A DNA stretch of 62,458 nucleotides, the filler included, from Collodictyon triciliatum (taxonomy: Eukaryota), in the NCBI GenBank assembly GCA_043381765.1. It is 24 parts of 24 records of this genome, joined end to end, with 100 filler letters (N's around TTAATTAATTAA, not from the genome) between each part and the next. Parts side by side here need not be neighbours in the genome. Positions count along the whole stretch, not along the records: positions 12,443 to 15,043 come from JBHJMP010008609.1; positions 15,144 to 17,741 come from JBHJMP010008610.1; positions 17,842 to 20,438 come from JBHJMP010008611.1; positions 20,539 to 23,135 come from JBHJMP010008612.1; positions 23,236 to 25,831 come from JBHJMP010008613.1; 19 more parts are not named here. One strand, written 5' to 3'. The notes beneath the pieces were generated by a model, which did no database searches, had not been told where the DNA came from, and was given only the letters and a program-made list of their open reading frames with translations. Position numbers and translations under genes: made by a program. Below, piece after piece: positions 12,465-24,830 of this stretch (positions are counted from its first letter, which is position 1; every line of letters starts with the position of its first letter).

Positions 12465-12590
12465 ATTGCACGACCTTCACAAAGGAACAGTCTTACATAA
12501 AATAGTGAGGTACACGGACACAGCCACTGATGTTGCATTCCACCCACTTCACCCCCAACTGGCGACTTCGTGCTTGGGTGGGAAATAAGA
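12465..12590 (+). pseudogene. C-terminal WD40 repeat fragment (WDR27-like), apparently degenerate
   Basis: DLHKGTVLHKIVRYTDTATDVAFHPLHPQLATSCLGGK* is a WD40 blade lacking the GH dipeptide and stopping early. Confidence 0.45.
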
Positions 12591-13227
12591 ATATTTAATG
12601 AAAATGAAAGTGGGAGCTCTTCATGATTATTGTCTACTTTTATCCAGTATCATAAATGCAATTAGTAAAAATAAAAGTGGAATGTAATGGGGTAATTCTG
12701 GTGTATTTGAATATTTTCCCCCTGATTCTATGGTTTATCTCTTCCTTTATCATTAAAAAAGCTATACCACTATGCTATCATGTTTGCTAGAATTGATTGA
12801 GCATATTTATGTAGCTTTACTCCTTACTTTTTTTTGATTTTTTTGATTTGTTTTTTGCGTTAAAAGAAAATATATTTTGTTTATGTGACAATAACAAAAG
12901 CAAATTATGTATGTAATCAAACAAAACATGGGGAGAAAATCGTCAGGGTAGGTGCATACAGATAGAAAAATGACAAGCAAACGAACAAAACCATATTTTC
13001 TAGCAGGCAAACTGTCATATCCAATCAGGCATAACGGTTTGTGGTAGCGGTGAAGGGGTTTTCACTTTTGCGTATATCAGACCCGCTAAGGGATTTCATT
13101 TTAGATTGTGAGAGACAATCACACTGATGAAGCATGGCGCGAAAGAAGGATTTATCATGGGCTATGTCCATAAGGTCGAAAAGAAATGGGTGCCAGCCTA
13201 GAATGCAGGGATATGGTGGGATGTTGC

Positions 13228-14814
13228 TTAGTCAAACTTGTTTTCCAGGACGAAGCGGTAGCGGACATCACCGGCACGAACGCGCTCGAGGGCAGTATTG
13301 ATGTTTTGGATGGGCAGAACTCCAATCCAAGGACTGACGTTGTACTAGGAAGAAAATTGCAACATTTCTTTGATTTCGAAGGTGGAGCCGATGACGCTGC
13401 CATATAGGCCGACATGGCTCATGATAAGATTGAAGGGCGCGATTTTGATGGTTCTTCAGGGAGACAAACCACGACCATTTTTCTGTGAGTGTGGAGAAGT
13501 GACAGATACCCGCCCCAGTTCATGTCGTTGCTGTTGGCTGTCACAAGGATAACATCCAACTAATTAATTCTGACTGTAAAACAAAGTTCACTTTCTTTAT
13601 TTTAGCAATATATAAGCACATATTAACGAACTTTTATGTTTGATTCGCATACGGTCTTTGCAGCAGCAGCGATTTCAGCAGGGTTGCTACTGTTGATGAA
13701 GTGATGCGCTCCAAGCTTGATGGCTTTCTCTTTCTTTTTCTCTGAGTGAGAAATGGCGGTTACTTCGCCTCCTAGGGCCTCCATTTTTTATTTATTTTTT
13801 GTTTTAAATATATAAACACATGAATCCTCTTTAAAGCGATATATGCCGTGAAGTTATTTTATTTTGTAACATAAATATCATAGTGAAAACAAATCTTGGC
13901 GAACCAGATTCCCAAATGCCCATGTCCTCCGATACTAATGATTCCCACCTTGATTCCGTTGCTCGCACCGTCTCTGTTTCTGAAAAAAAAAAACGTAAAA
14001 ATAAAGCGCTTCGTTTCTTGTATCAAGAAATTATATAACTTAGGCATCTGTGAGTCTTAATGATGTCTAATGCCTCAGGGCAGTGGAAACTGTGATTCCA
14101 ACACTTAGAAGAGGAGCAGCAACATCAGAAGGGGTACTCTCTGGAAGAGGAAGGCGAAGTCGGACAAGAGACGGATGCGGTCAGCATATCCACCCCTTGA
14201 GAGCTCACCGTCAGCGTAGGGTATATTGTAGGTGAAGACTTTCTTTGGGTACCGTTGGTTATCCTTGTAGCTGCACTCATAAAAATCGGGCTTCAGACAG
14301 GCAAAATACTGACGCCCACACCCACCCGGTCTCCTACCTTGAATGAAGGTCGATATTGATGAGAGGTGAGCGCAAGACTACGTAACATGCAAAGCTTTAC
14401 ATAGATGGCATATATTTTATGAGACTTACCATCAAGTTCGTCATGTTGTGACCTGCAGCAACAACCTCGCTGATAACATCATGTCCAACAACCACAGGAT
14501 AGACCGACCTCTTCCAGTCGTTATCGATGGTATGGATATCTGTAAAGTTGTGAATAATACGGGTAAGTGGAGCAACAACATCAGAGTCTACGGCGCGGCG
14601 TTGCTTCTCATCACAAGCTGGGCTTTACAACTTATTGCTGCCTCTGTGTGTTTGCGACAAAGGTCACTCATCCGACCGCAGATTCCGCAGTGGGTGATTT
14701 TGATCTCAATGTCGCGCGGGCCAAGGATGCGGGATGATACGTCCATGGCTCAAGAGCTGCTCCGGCACTCAATGCGGTATAGGAGTGGAATGAAACGCTG
14801 GTGTCAACGGCCAT
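13228..14814 (-). pseudogene. Zn/NADP-dependent alcohol dehydrogenase (CAD/ADH6-like) pseudogene with introns
   Basis: DIEIKITHCGICG, YPVVVGHD, VGDRVGVG, GGYAD, IGGHGHLG, GDVRYRFVL occur in order but in shifting frames; in-frame TAG at 13345-13347; GHE changed to GHD. Confidence 0.85.
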
Positions 14815-15143
14815 TTGGCTGCTTTTTATATGGGATAGAAGCGGGGTAAGTTGAAAGAAAATAAAGCAATATTGATGCATTATTATTGGCGTGCTGGGTC
14901 GAGAAATCATCCCCAAGATGCCCTGACAAGGTTGAGGCAGGGTGATGAAAAATACATAATGGTTATTTAGATTGTGGTTTTTAAGATTCTCGTCACTTTT
15001 TTTGATTTTTTTGCAGTTACAGTTGGGTTGCTGTTGATAGGTCNNNNNNNNNNNNNNNNNNNNNNNNNNNNNNNNNNNNNNNNNNNNTTAATTAATTAAN
15101 NNNNNNNNNNNNNNNNNNNNNNNNNNNNNNNNNNNNNNNNNNN

Positions 15144-15215
<72 letters not shown>

Positions 15216-15235
15216 AGGATAAACGAATACGTACG

Positions 15236-17563
15236 TTGGCCGATGTTTTAATATCAAATGCGTATGAAATCTAAATGCATATAAGCTTTTTAAAATAGGA
15301 AGAAAAAAAAGAGCAAAATCAAAGGCTCTGACATTACATGCATATATCTCGTACTTTCTTTATGTATAATAAATTAAGCAAACCCTCTCATCTGGCGAAT
15401 GTATGACCAATACATTGTCGACGATATTGCAAGTATATCCAAATCTGGAGGGAATGGCAAAGTCTTTATGAAGTCTGACATCGTCTCGACCAACCTGTAC
15501 AAACGAAATTACACATTCACCATAAAATTGGTAATATATAGTTTTACGTAAAATACAATACTTTTTTTTTAAAAAAAAAGTACGGGTTAATTTATTTAAA
15601 GATGTGACGCACTTTTTTATTTATTATTCCTTTCCATTTGTATAACAGGACAAGTTTAGGAATGGGTTTCATATAATGAAGAGGCTTTAAGGGGCTGAAA
15701 TTCGTTTTAACCAAAATTTTACCTGGTATATGCAAACTCTTCGCTGAATATGATTCAAATGAATGCAATACAGGACTCCATATCTAATGTTGATCACGTT
15801 AATGTGTCGTTTGGGAGCTGCTGGTTGATTTGAAATGAGAAATGGGACATCAGTGTATTTTGATACATAAACCAAAGAATGCCACAATGATGATAATTGA
15901 TGGACTTACATCTGAGAGACAATTATGTCGTGTCCTTGCACGATGATTGTCGGATTAACATCGAGTTCAATCTTTGGTAACTTTACGATTTCAGACGGAG
16001 GAAAATGGAATGCATTCACAGTGCTGCTCATGATTAGGACACGTGTGAGTATGAGTATAATTCGCACAAGAGCATATCATGTTATATATTTATGCATTTA
16101 CTTTCAAAAAAAAAAAGCAGTAGTAAACAGGCATTCATTCACCTGCCATTGGGTCCAAGTCCAATTAGCAGAACTCTATTTTCGTGCTTTTGGTGATGGA
16201 TTATAGTATTCGATAGAAATAAATAAATAAACATGGGCGCGTTTTAAATGTCATATAATGAAAAAGGAAAATGCATATTTTGTCAAACATTTTATCTTCA
16301 TTTAGTTGTCAATTACTAATTATAATTTTACCGAGTACGAATACCACATAACATGTAAGCTTTTAGATTTATGCAGTTTGGCTGAACCTTTTGCAGGAGA
16401 GACCTACTCAAAAAAAAAAAAGATGGGATAAAAAAATGAAAGTGGTCAAGAGTACATTTTTTAGATAAAGATATATCAAGGAGACCTTGTATAAATCAAC
16501 ACCCATTTTCGTCACTAGAAAGCATTCATTGATATGGGTCCACATGAAACAAAGAATTTTATTTCCATCTCCAATCTTTTGACACTGTAATCGGAATTCG
16601 TTCTCGAATGCAACGTTGTAAAATACCTAGAGATAGAAAAGGAAAAAATAATGGATGAAATATCTTCCCCTTTTTTTTATGGGACATCGCTCATAATTGA
16701 GCTCGTTGGAAAATGCTTGTCAGCAAACAACAGCTTTTGAGGAAAGAGTTGACCAACCAATTCCACAGACGATGTTTGATAGCACAGCACATTTGAATCC
16801 ACAGATAGTTTTGCATTTAATACTTCTCCAGTGTACGATATGCTGCCAAATAGAAAAGAAATCAAAAAAACTCATTATATACGAATTCAAGTTTGAAAAT
16901 CACGCTTAAATACTTTTTGAAACGAAATAAAAACTTGAAAATTAGGATCTTTCCTTTAACCTGACAGATTTTCATGTTACTAATTCTGATCAGGGGGATG
17001 TTTTGGGATGTTTTGGGATGTTTTCCTCTCTCCCTCTCTCTCTCTTTCTGTTTTTCTGCTCTTCTGTTTTAAAATTTTCCTTTTCCTTTTCCTTTTCCTT
17101 TTCCTTTTCCTTTTCCTTTTCCTTTTCCTTTTCTCTTGTTTGACTCGAAAAGCAATTACGTGATTGGTCTTGTGCGGATTCTTGGTGGGTAGTATGGTAG
17201 CCAAGAAACCTTTCCTTTATTGCAAAACAGAATGTGTTTATGAACTTCATCGAAGAAAATCGTTTGCTCGCCCTAGTATCATAAAAGAAAAAATACTCAG
17301 ATATAGAAGCTATTTGTTGGCGTCGAGTAATACAATATCTATTTCCACATTCTAGACTTCTACATAATGCTGCAAGTGATCGGGGTGAAATATTGGAGCT
17401 AAGGAAGCAATAATATTCCATTCTCAGTGATAAAATAAAGTAATAGTCCGGCAGGCAAATAAACAGTGATTGGACAAACTGTGGGATCAAAAGTCACAGG
17501 AGAACGCGAAGTCTCTACAAAATGTTGTGGGCGATCTGCAAACAAAATCTGTTCGGTTGTCAT
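15236..17563 (-). CDS. RMC1: Regulator of MON1-CCZ1 (RMC1/C18orf8/Mic1-like), 5' exons
   Basis: Exons IFFDEVHKHI; GEVLNAKLSVDSNVLCYQTS; KILCFMWTHINECFLVTKMGVDLYK; VSPAKGSAKLHKSKSLHVMWY; KLPKIELD; YGVLYC; CNIVDNVLVIH...AFDIK are colinear with the RMC1 beta-propeller. Confidence 0.75.
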
Positions 17564-17638
17564 GGCCGATCCCCTAAAACAAAATAAAATAAAATAAAAA
17601 GAAAGCCACTATATAATAGATGGGTTACGATAATAAAT

Positions 17639-17689
<51 letters not shown>

Positions 17690-17861
17690 TGAAAAGAATA
17701 AAAAAAAAAAAAAAAAAAAAAAAAAAAGATAGCTTGTGAGTNNNNNNNNNNNNNNNNNNNNNNNNNNNNNNNNNNNNNNNNNNNNTTAATTAATTAANNN
17801 NNNNNNNNNNNNNNNNNNNNNNNNNNNNNNNNNNNNNNNNNTGTTCTTACCTTTTCTACAG

Positions 17862-19006
17862 GCTGACATATGGTCTTTGGGTATAATGTCAATAGAACTG
17901 GCCGAACGGGGCGAGGTTCCTTATTGTAACGACCGGGTTATGACCGTAAGTTGACATAACACAGTCATTCTGTTGAAAATTATATATATGAGGGTTTACT
18001 TATTTTTCTGAACATATTGCGATTTTACTAATGTGACTCAGGCCATGCGAAAAATTGCAAGCAACCCGCCACCAAGCTTGACAGACACGATGAAGTGGTC
18101 TCCTCAATTCCGTGATTTTGTTTGGCTTTGTTTGCAAAAGTATGAAGCTTTGAGAGGAAAATTATATCTCTAGCTTTTTGAGATATGCTCAGATTCAATC
18201 GAAACTGTCTTTAATTTTTCTTCTCTTCCAAACTTTCCTTTGCCAGAGGATAATAGTTGAAACCTGCCAACTTGCATAAATTGAAAATATTTAGTATTTT
18301 TTTTAATCAAATAACATGTGTGGAATCTCTTTGAATCGAATAAAGGAAAAAAAAAACATGTGTGGAATCTCTTAAAGCTGCTCATCCTATTATCACTACA
18401 ACACACAGAGACCCATCCCGACGTCCAAAAGCTAGAATGCTTTTGAAACATCCATTTATCCTGAGCCATCGATCTGATATATTACGAGAATGTATCCTTT
18501 CTGACGATGAATCGCAGAAGGTAAGCATGCAGCTACTTTAAGAATAGAGATAAACACAAAAATTACAATGTAGTTTTTTTTTTAATATAAATCAAACAAG
18601 AGCCATTAATGCTGTGCACCTTTTAGTATGCCGCATGGAAGCCTTTTAATTATTCTGCATTTTCATCATTTAGTTACCGACAATACCTCGAGTTGCATCC
18701 AAATCTCCAAGAAGAGCACAAAAGAATTCGGGGCAATTTGTTGCCATGCTACCAACAACAGCTGAAACATCGTCACAACAAAGTTACTATCAACATAATT
18801 AACCAAAATCTATTCAACTTTTGACGGTTTCGAATTTTTTTGTTCTAATCGTCAGACACTTTGTATATTCCTACACTGAATGCATACTATATAGGCCATT
18901 TTTCAAATATGTCTATGAATCACATACAGATCACTTATCAGCCCCATTGTTGCACCCAGAGGAGCCTGTACCTTCAAAAAGCAAATGCTGTTGCGTCATT
19001 TCGTAA
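17862..19006 (+). CDS. STE20-family Ser/Thr kinase, C-terminal exons, ending in KSKCCCVIS*
   Basis: ADIWSLGIMSIELAERGEVPY; AMRKIASNPPPSLTDTMKWSPQFRDFVWLCLQK|DPSRRPKARMLLKHPFI (subdomains IX-XI); downstream exons join in phase to the stop at 19006. Confidence 0.85.
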
Positions 19007-20983
19007 ACAAAGCACCCCCATTATTCGAGTGGGATGATTGCATGTCTACTGACACTAACAGCTAATGATTTTTTTATTTTGGTTCCGGAAGTTTGAGACG
19101 TTTTTATTTCATGAACGAAAATCTGAATCAAAGTAAGACCCATCTATTTCCAACTTTATAAATCGTACTCCGTCACATGAACACCACAAATGATATTTTC
19201 TTCATGATTTTGTTTTTGGGTCTTTAAATAAAGCAACCTGAAACAATAACTTTTAGCACCACGGACTCGACAAGTATCTTTTAGATTATTGCACGTTCAT
19301 TTGTTCTTTGTCTGAGATAATGTGATATTAGAAATTATTATATGGGGTTTGCTGCAAGAAGGATGATTTTCAATGACTCTTTGCTTTTATTTTACATCAG
19401 TGAGCCATGTCGAGAGTGAGCAGTGCTTTTGATTATTGTCACCCTTAAAACATACTTATTCCTTTTTTTATATTTGTCATCCCCATTTTTTTATATTGGT
19501 CTCAACCAGTAGATATTGCGCACCCAGAATTTTGCGTGGTTCGGAGCATCTTTTGTAATCGATATGTTAGAATTTTTTCATTCGTTGTTTTCTTATTTGT
19601 GTTGCAGTTTGCTTCCTTGACTTCTTCAATTATATATTCCAAGGAACAAGCACATCTCAGCGTGTCATGTAAAATCGGAAGTTTGCTTGAAGATTATTGT
19701 AATGCTTTGTTGCTGGAAAACACCCCATCAATCACAGTCTCATCATAAAATCAGTTCAATCAGTTTGCTGGATTGGTGTTCTCATGTCCTCCAAAGATTT
19801 TCTAGAAAAGCACCTGCAGTTCCTTGTATGCTATTGGAAAGATGACGGGCATTAGTAGTTATTCAAAAGACATCAATAGACACTTTCCTGATGTTTGTGC
19901 TGGGTGTAAATGAAAGGAAGCAAGGCGCACCAAACGGGCTGGTTCGTGCGAATACTAAACGCACTCAGGCTGCATGGATTGAAAACATCACCAATACAAA
20001 AGCGATTCACGGCCTTGACACACCCGCCAGCCGGCTGATTACACGAACATAAGATGTCAACACCACGTGTGCATCAGCTCCCACAAGGGACGCTTTCTGC
20101 CATTTCAGTAATTTCTGTATATGGAAATGAGAGCAGCATTTCATCGAATTACAGTAGAAAACAGCCCATTTTGGTTGTTATAGCAGATAAATTTCTTCAC
20201 AAAAAACAATAAAAACCAAGTCACAACCAAAACACACAATCTAAGTTTTCATTTTCTATTATCGCCCGTCATACTTGCGAATTGGCGCAACGTCGAAGCA
20301 AAGGGATATAGTCTGCGATACACAGGGCGCCTGCCAAGAAAAACAAAAAACAAAAAACAAAAAACAAAAAACAAAAAACAAAAAACAAAAAACAAAAAAC
20401 AAAAAACAAAAAACAAAAAACAAAAAAAAAAAAAAAAANNNNNNNNNNNNNNNNNNNNNNNNNNNNNNNNNNNNNNNNNNNNTTAATTAATTAANNNNNN
20501 NNNNNNNNNNNNNNNNNNNNNNNNNNNNNNNNNNNNNNTTTTTATTGGTTTTTTTATTGGTTTTTTTATTGGTTTTTTTATTGGTTTTTTTATTGGTTTT
20601 TTTATTGGTTTTTTATTGGTTTTTTTATTGGTTTTTTATTGGTTTTTTATTGGTTTTTTTCTTGGTTTTTTGCCGAAGATCCATTGGCGCACGCAGGCCG
20701 TCGGTGGATACCAAAGGACTACAAAGGGCTTTCAAACCGAGATAATTGTTGTCGATTACACCATTATGGATTTATAGCGGTATTATGTTCGCGACTTCAA
20801 TCCGTCGTCAGCGGGCTTATGGCAGCAACCCAAGCGCCTGAGTTCAGGTTGGCCTAGAGGGGTTTTCTTTTGGCTCCTCACGAATGCATCGAGCGCACCC
20901 ATATAAACACTCAAAGACCCACACGCATGTAACAACTCGAGCAGTAAACACTTTTCATTTTATGAAAAATTTGAAATGAAAAA

Positions 20984-22045
20984 CTAGAAGACCTGTATCT
21001 TGTCCCCGTGATAATCCACAGAGTATATAAATGAATCATACGTGTAGATCACTTGAATGGGATTATTGACACGCATAACTTTAAGACAATCTCCATTTTC
21101 CGAATACAAATACGCGGTATTCTTGTTGTTATCTGACAGAATGAATCCGTTCACGGGACCCCTTGAAATATTCACCCAATTTCCCAGAGGCTGTTCAACT
21201 CGTATTCTGCGCAACTCCTCCAAGTCGGTATTGTAGGCGGATACAAAAGGAATTTTACCATGAGAAATGAAAATTGTATTTTTCAAATCGATATATATAC
21301 CAAACACGTTAAAGTTTGAAATGCTCTTCTTGAACTGGAATGTACCTCTGGACAACTTTACCACTTCTCGGTAAGTATTCACAAAATATAAATTGCCATA
21401 CGTGTCAAAGTCGGATGAATGGGGTTGAGAAATTCGATGGCCGATTTTTTTCGAATCTAAGCAAACCTCTTTTTCCAAACTGGAGGAAAGGATCGTAAGC
21501 GTGTGCTTATTGAAATGAGTGATACAAACATACTGTCCGTCTTTTGTCAGCGACACCCCACATGGATCCTCTATGTGCATGTATCTCAATGTGTTGATAT
21601 TGATGCGGTGGTCGTGTGGAACGGATATCTCACTTTTGAACATCAAAAGTATTTCATTAGACCAGCTGGTGACATAATAAAATTGATTGAAGGGATTATA
21701 GTTGATCCCTCTTGGATGTTGTAAATCAAGTTTAAACTCCGGAACTATCAAATTTAGCAGATTTCTTGAATTTTTCGGTATGGTGGTAATGTCTCTGTCA
21801 GCTATGGCAAAGTGGTGAAACATATATGTTCTGTCACTTTTTGTAGAAATGAAGTCGAATAATGAAAATGAGTAATTAATCTCAAAGTTTAATAAGAATG
21901 GGTGATAATTTTCAATTATCTGCGCCACTATTCTTGACTCTACATAAATCAAATCAATACTGTTGTATGGATTTATTTTTTTGGACGAATTTCTGAATAA
22001 TTTTATACTTTTGCAATTGCAAAATCTAAGCCTGGAAAAATCCAT
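20984..22045 (-). CDS. Intronless 353-aa beta-propeller protein (NHL/SMP-30-like)
   Basis: Blade-like repeats LQHPRGINYN, IEDPCGVSLTKDGQYVCIT, ISQPHSSDFDTYGNLYFV, ending DYHGDKIQVF. Confidence 0.7.
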   Translation of the reverse strand: MDFSRLRFCNCKSIKLFRNSSKKINPYNSIDLIYVESRIVAQIIENYHPFLLNFEINYSFSLFDFISTKSDRTYMFHHFAIADRDITTIPKNSRNLLNLIVPEFKLDLQHPRGINYNPFNQFYYVTSWSNEILLMFKSEISVPHDHRININTLRYMHIEDPCGVSLTKDGQYVCITHFNKHTLTILSSSLEKEVCLDSKKIGHRISQPHSSDFDTYGNLYFVNTYREVVKLSRGTFQFKKSISNFNVFGIYIDLKNTIFISHGKIPFVSAYNTDLEELRRIRVEQPLGNWVNISRGPVNGFILSDNNKNTAYLYSENGDCLKVMRVNNPIQVIYTYDSFIYSVDYHGDKIQVF

Positions 22046-22964
22046 TTCGATACACGAAAGGGTTTTTTGATGGTGTAATATTTTTCTTCTTACCTAAATA
22101 TTGGTGGCAAATTAACCGCAAATAATTTATTGTCCGTATAAAAAATGCAGGCAACTCATGGTCAAAACTTTTTCTATTACTGCTGAACATCAAAAAGGGA
22201 TGAAATTGGATATTTTCATATTATAGACCATGTGAATCAAAATTCAAGAAGTGAGAAAACAAATTCCTTTATTCTAGAAAAGAGATAAGATATACTATTT
22301 CCACGACTGCATTTTCTTTTTCCAATAGGACTTCTCGAATTTTCTCCATAGAGGATATAATTGTTTCATCCATCATATCAAAATAATCATATGTCTGCAA
22401 AATTGAATTTTTTTTCCAGACTGGTTATTCGGTGAAAGGTAATAATATGATATATGTCTCAAAATGGAGTATGTCAACTCACCTCTTCATAAGCAGCAAT
22501 GTAAGCTTCAGAATCTGCAAGCATCATCTTAAAAAAATGTTATGTTGTTTAACAAAAGAGGTAATGAAATCCCCTGTGCTATTACGCATGAAATTTTTTT
22601 TAACTCCTGGTTCGTTTCCAGTGCTCTGGCTATATTGACCGATAAGTGTTTTGTTTCAAATTTTAAGGTTTGTCGCTAGTTTATACTATTTTTTATTTAT
22701 CGCGATGGACTAAGCTGTTGGTATCGTGGAGACAATCAGCGTTTACTCAAATTTAGAATAAAATTTCTTAACCACACACCATAACTGGCTGAATATAGGT
22801 TTCTTGATTTCTAGGAAAAATCTCGTTTAAATGTGATTAATGCTATCGTCTAGATATATGTGGCCAAAATAATCCAAACACTCGGACTAATATGGATCAA
22901 TTACAGATTTCACTCGTCATCGTGTGAAATAATCCAAGGTTTAAAATGAATTTTGGTTTCTTTG

Positions 22965-23135
22965 CTCTTCGATCTCGTCCCGAACACCTCCACACTCGAA
23001 CGCACAAGAATCGAGCACACAACCCGACCAAGGCCTCTCGGCCACACCGATCCGCCGATCAAAGAGAGCCCAGGAGCAGAACCTGTACGGAGCCGGCTGC
23101 TACGTCCGCCTTCGAGGTAAGCACAAACTGCCCCA
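22965..23135 (+). mobile_element. Probable 5' end of the L1/Tx1-like element
   Basis: CACACTCGAA...CACAACCCGACCAAGGC...GCCACACCGA...ATCAAAGAGAGCCCAG is homologous to 34580-34695, which lies upstream of LINE ORF2 sequence. Confidence 0.6.
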
Positions 23136-23261
23136 NNNNNNNNNNNNNNNNNNNNNNNNNNNNNNNNNNNNNNNNNNNNTTAATTAATTAANNNNNNNNN
23201 NNNNNNNNNNNNNNNNNNNNNNNNNNNNNNNNNNNGAATAGCCGGGTGCTTGTCGCGTGCG

Positions 23262-24830
23262 TCACCGGGCGTCACCAAAGACCTGGGAATTGCCATATGG
23301 TTGGGAATACTGGGGGTGGCCACATGAGTCGCGTCGGTGCGGAGGAGTTGCTGCATGTTCGTGTGTTCCTGAATCACCTGCACGGATGCGTCTCTTTGTG
23401 CTAAGTCCGGCGTCGCTGCGGTTGGAGAGTGGCCGAAATTCTGCAATCAGAAACCGGAGAATGCACATTGGAAAATGGATTGTCGACACTTTATTATGGG
23501 TTCTTTGGTTATTGATAATCTGAAAAAATGCTTAAGTGTTTTCTATTGTTGTATTTGATAATGGAGAAAATAAGAGATTCTCTTAATGATAAAAATGTGT
23601 GTAAATGGGATACTCACCTGAAGTTCTTCGCGTCTGCACATGGACGGGAATATGTTGTGTCTCGTGTCCGCGACTCGACTTTGTTGCTCAATAATCAGAG
23701 AATTTGGCTTCGAATGTTCCACATATCTGACACATAATGCTATATTATGACAATGGAAATTCAATTTTTGTGCTTTATGCATGAATAAAATTCTTCCGTA
23801 CGAATTATAATAAAGTTCATCGACTAGGTGTATGCAAGTACAAAACAAAATGCTCAAAGTGAAGTGAAGATAAAAAAACATCTGATTGCTTAAGACTTAC
23901 GGTTTTCGCATCCAGGCATAGTGGAGAGCCTTTGCAGTATTGATGTCCGCGATTCGACTTCGTTGCTCAATAATCATCGAATTGGGCTTCGAATATTCCA
24001 CATAACCGCACACAATTTGCTCTATTTTCACAAGATAAATTTCAATTTTTATGCTCTATGCATGAATATACCTTTCTTTATGTATTATAACAAAAACATC
24101 GACTCACTGTATGCAAGTACAATGCAAGGTGCTCGAAGCGAAGAGCAAAATAAAATAATATATCTAATTGCACAAAACTTACGGTTATCGTATTCGAGCA
24201 TAGTGGAGAGCTATTGCAGTGTGTGAAGCAGACTGCGTCGTATTCCGGCATAGTGCAGAGCCTTTGCGGGTCTTGTGTGGAGCAGACTTCGTCGCATTCG
24301 GGCATACTGGAGAGCCTTCGAGGGCTGTGTGTGTGAAGCAGACTTCGTCGACGTTCGACATAGTGGAGAGCCTTCGTGGGTCTTGTGTAAAGCAGACTGC
24401 GTCGTATTCCGGCATGGTGGAGAGCCTTTGCGGGTTGCGTGTAAAGCAGACTGCGTCGTATTCCGGCATAGTGAAGAGCCTTCGAAGTTGCGTGTGAAGC
24501 AGACATCGTCGACGTTCGGCATAGTGGAGAGCCTTCGTGGGTCTTGTGTAAAGCAGACTGCGTCGTATTCCGGCATGGTGGAGAGCCTTTGCGGGTTGCG
24601 TGTGAAGCATACTTCGTCTCATCCCGGCATAATGGAGAGCCTCTGTGTGTCTTGTGAAGCAGACATCGTCGTATCCCGGCATAGTGGAGAGCCTTCGAAG
24701 TTGCGTGTGAAGCAGACATCGTCGACGTTCGGCATAGTGGAGAGCCTTCGTGGGTCTTGTGTAAAGCAGACTGCGTCGTATTCGGGCATACTGGAGAGCC
24801 TTTGCGGGTCTTTTGTGAGTGAAGCAGACA
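23262..24830 (-). CDS. Possible repeat-containing multi-exon gene overlapping the minisatellite
   Basis: GTAAGT/GTGAGT donors and AG acceptors give ...SSPLCSNTIT|SNRGHQYCKGSPLCLDAKT|SSRGHETQH...RRTS|EFRPLS...GDAR*; no recognisable family. Confidence 0.3.
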
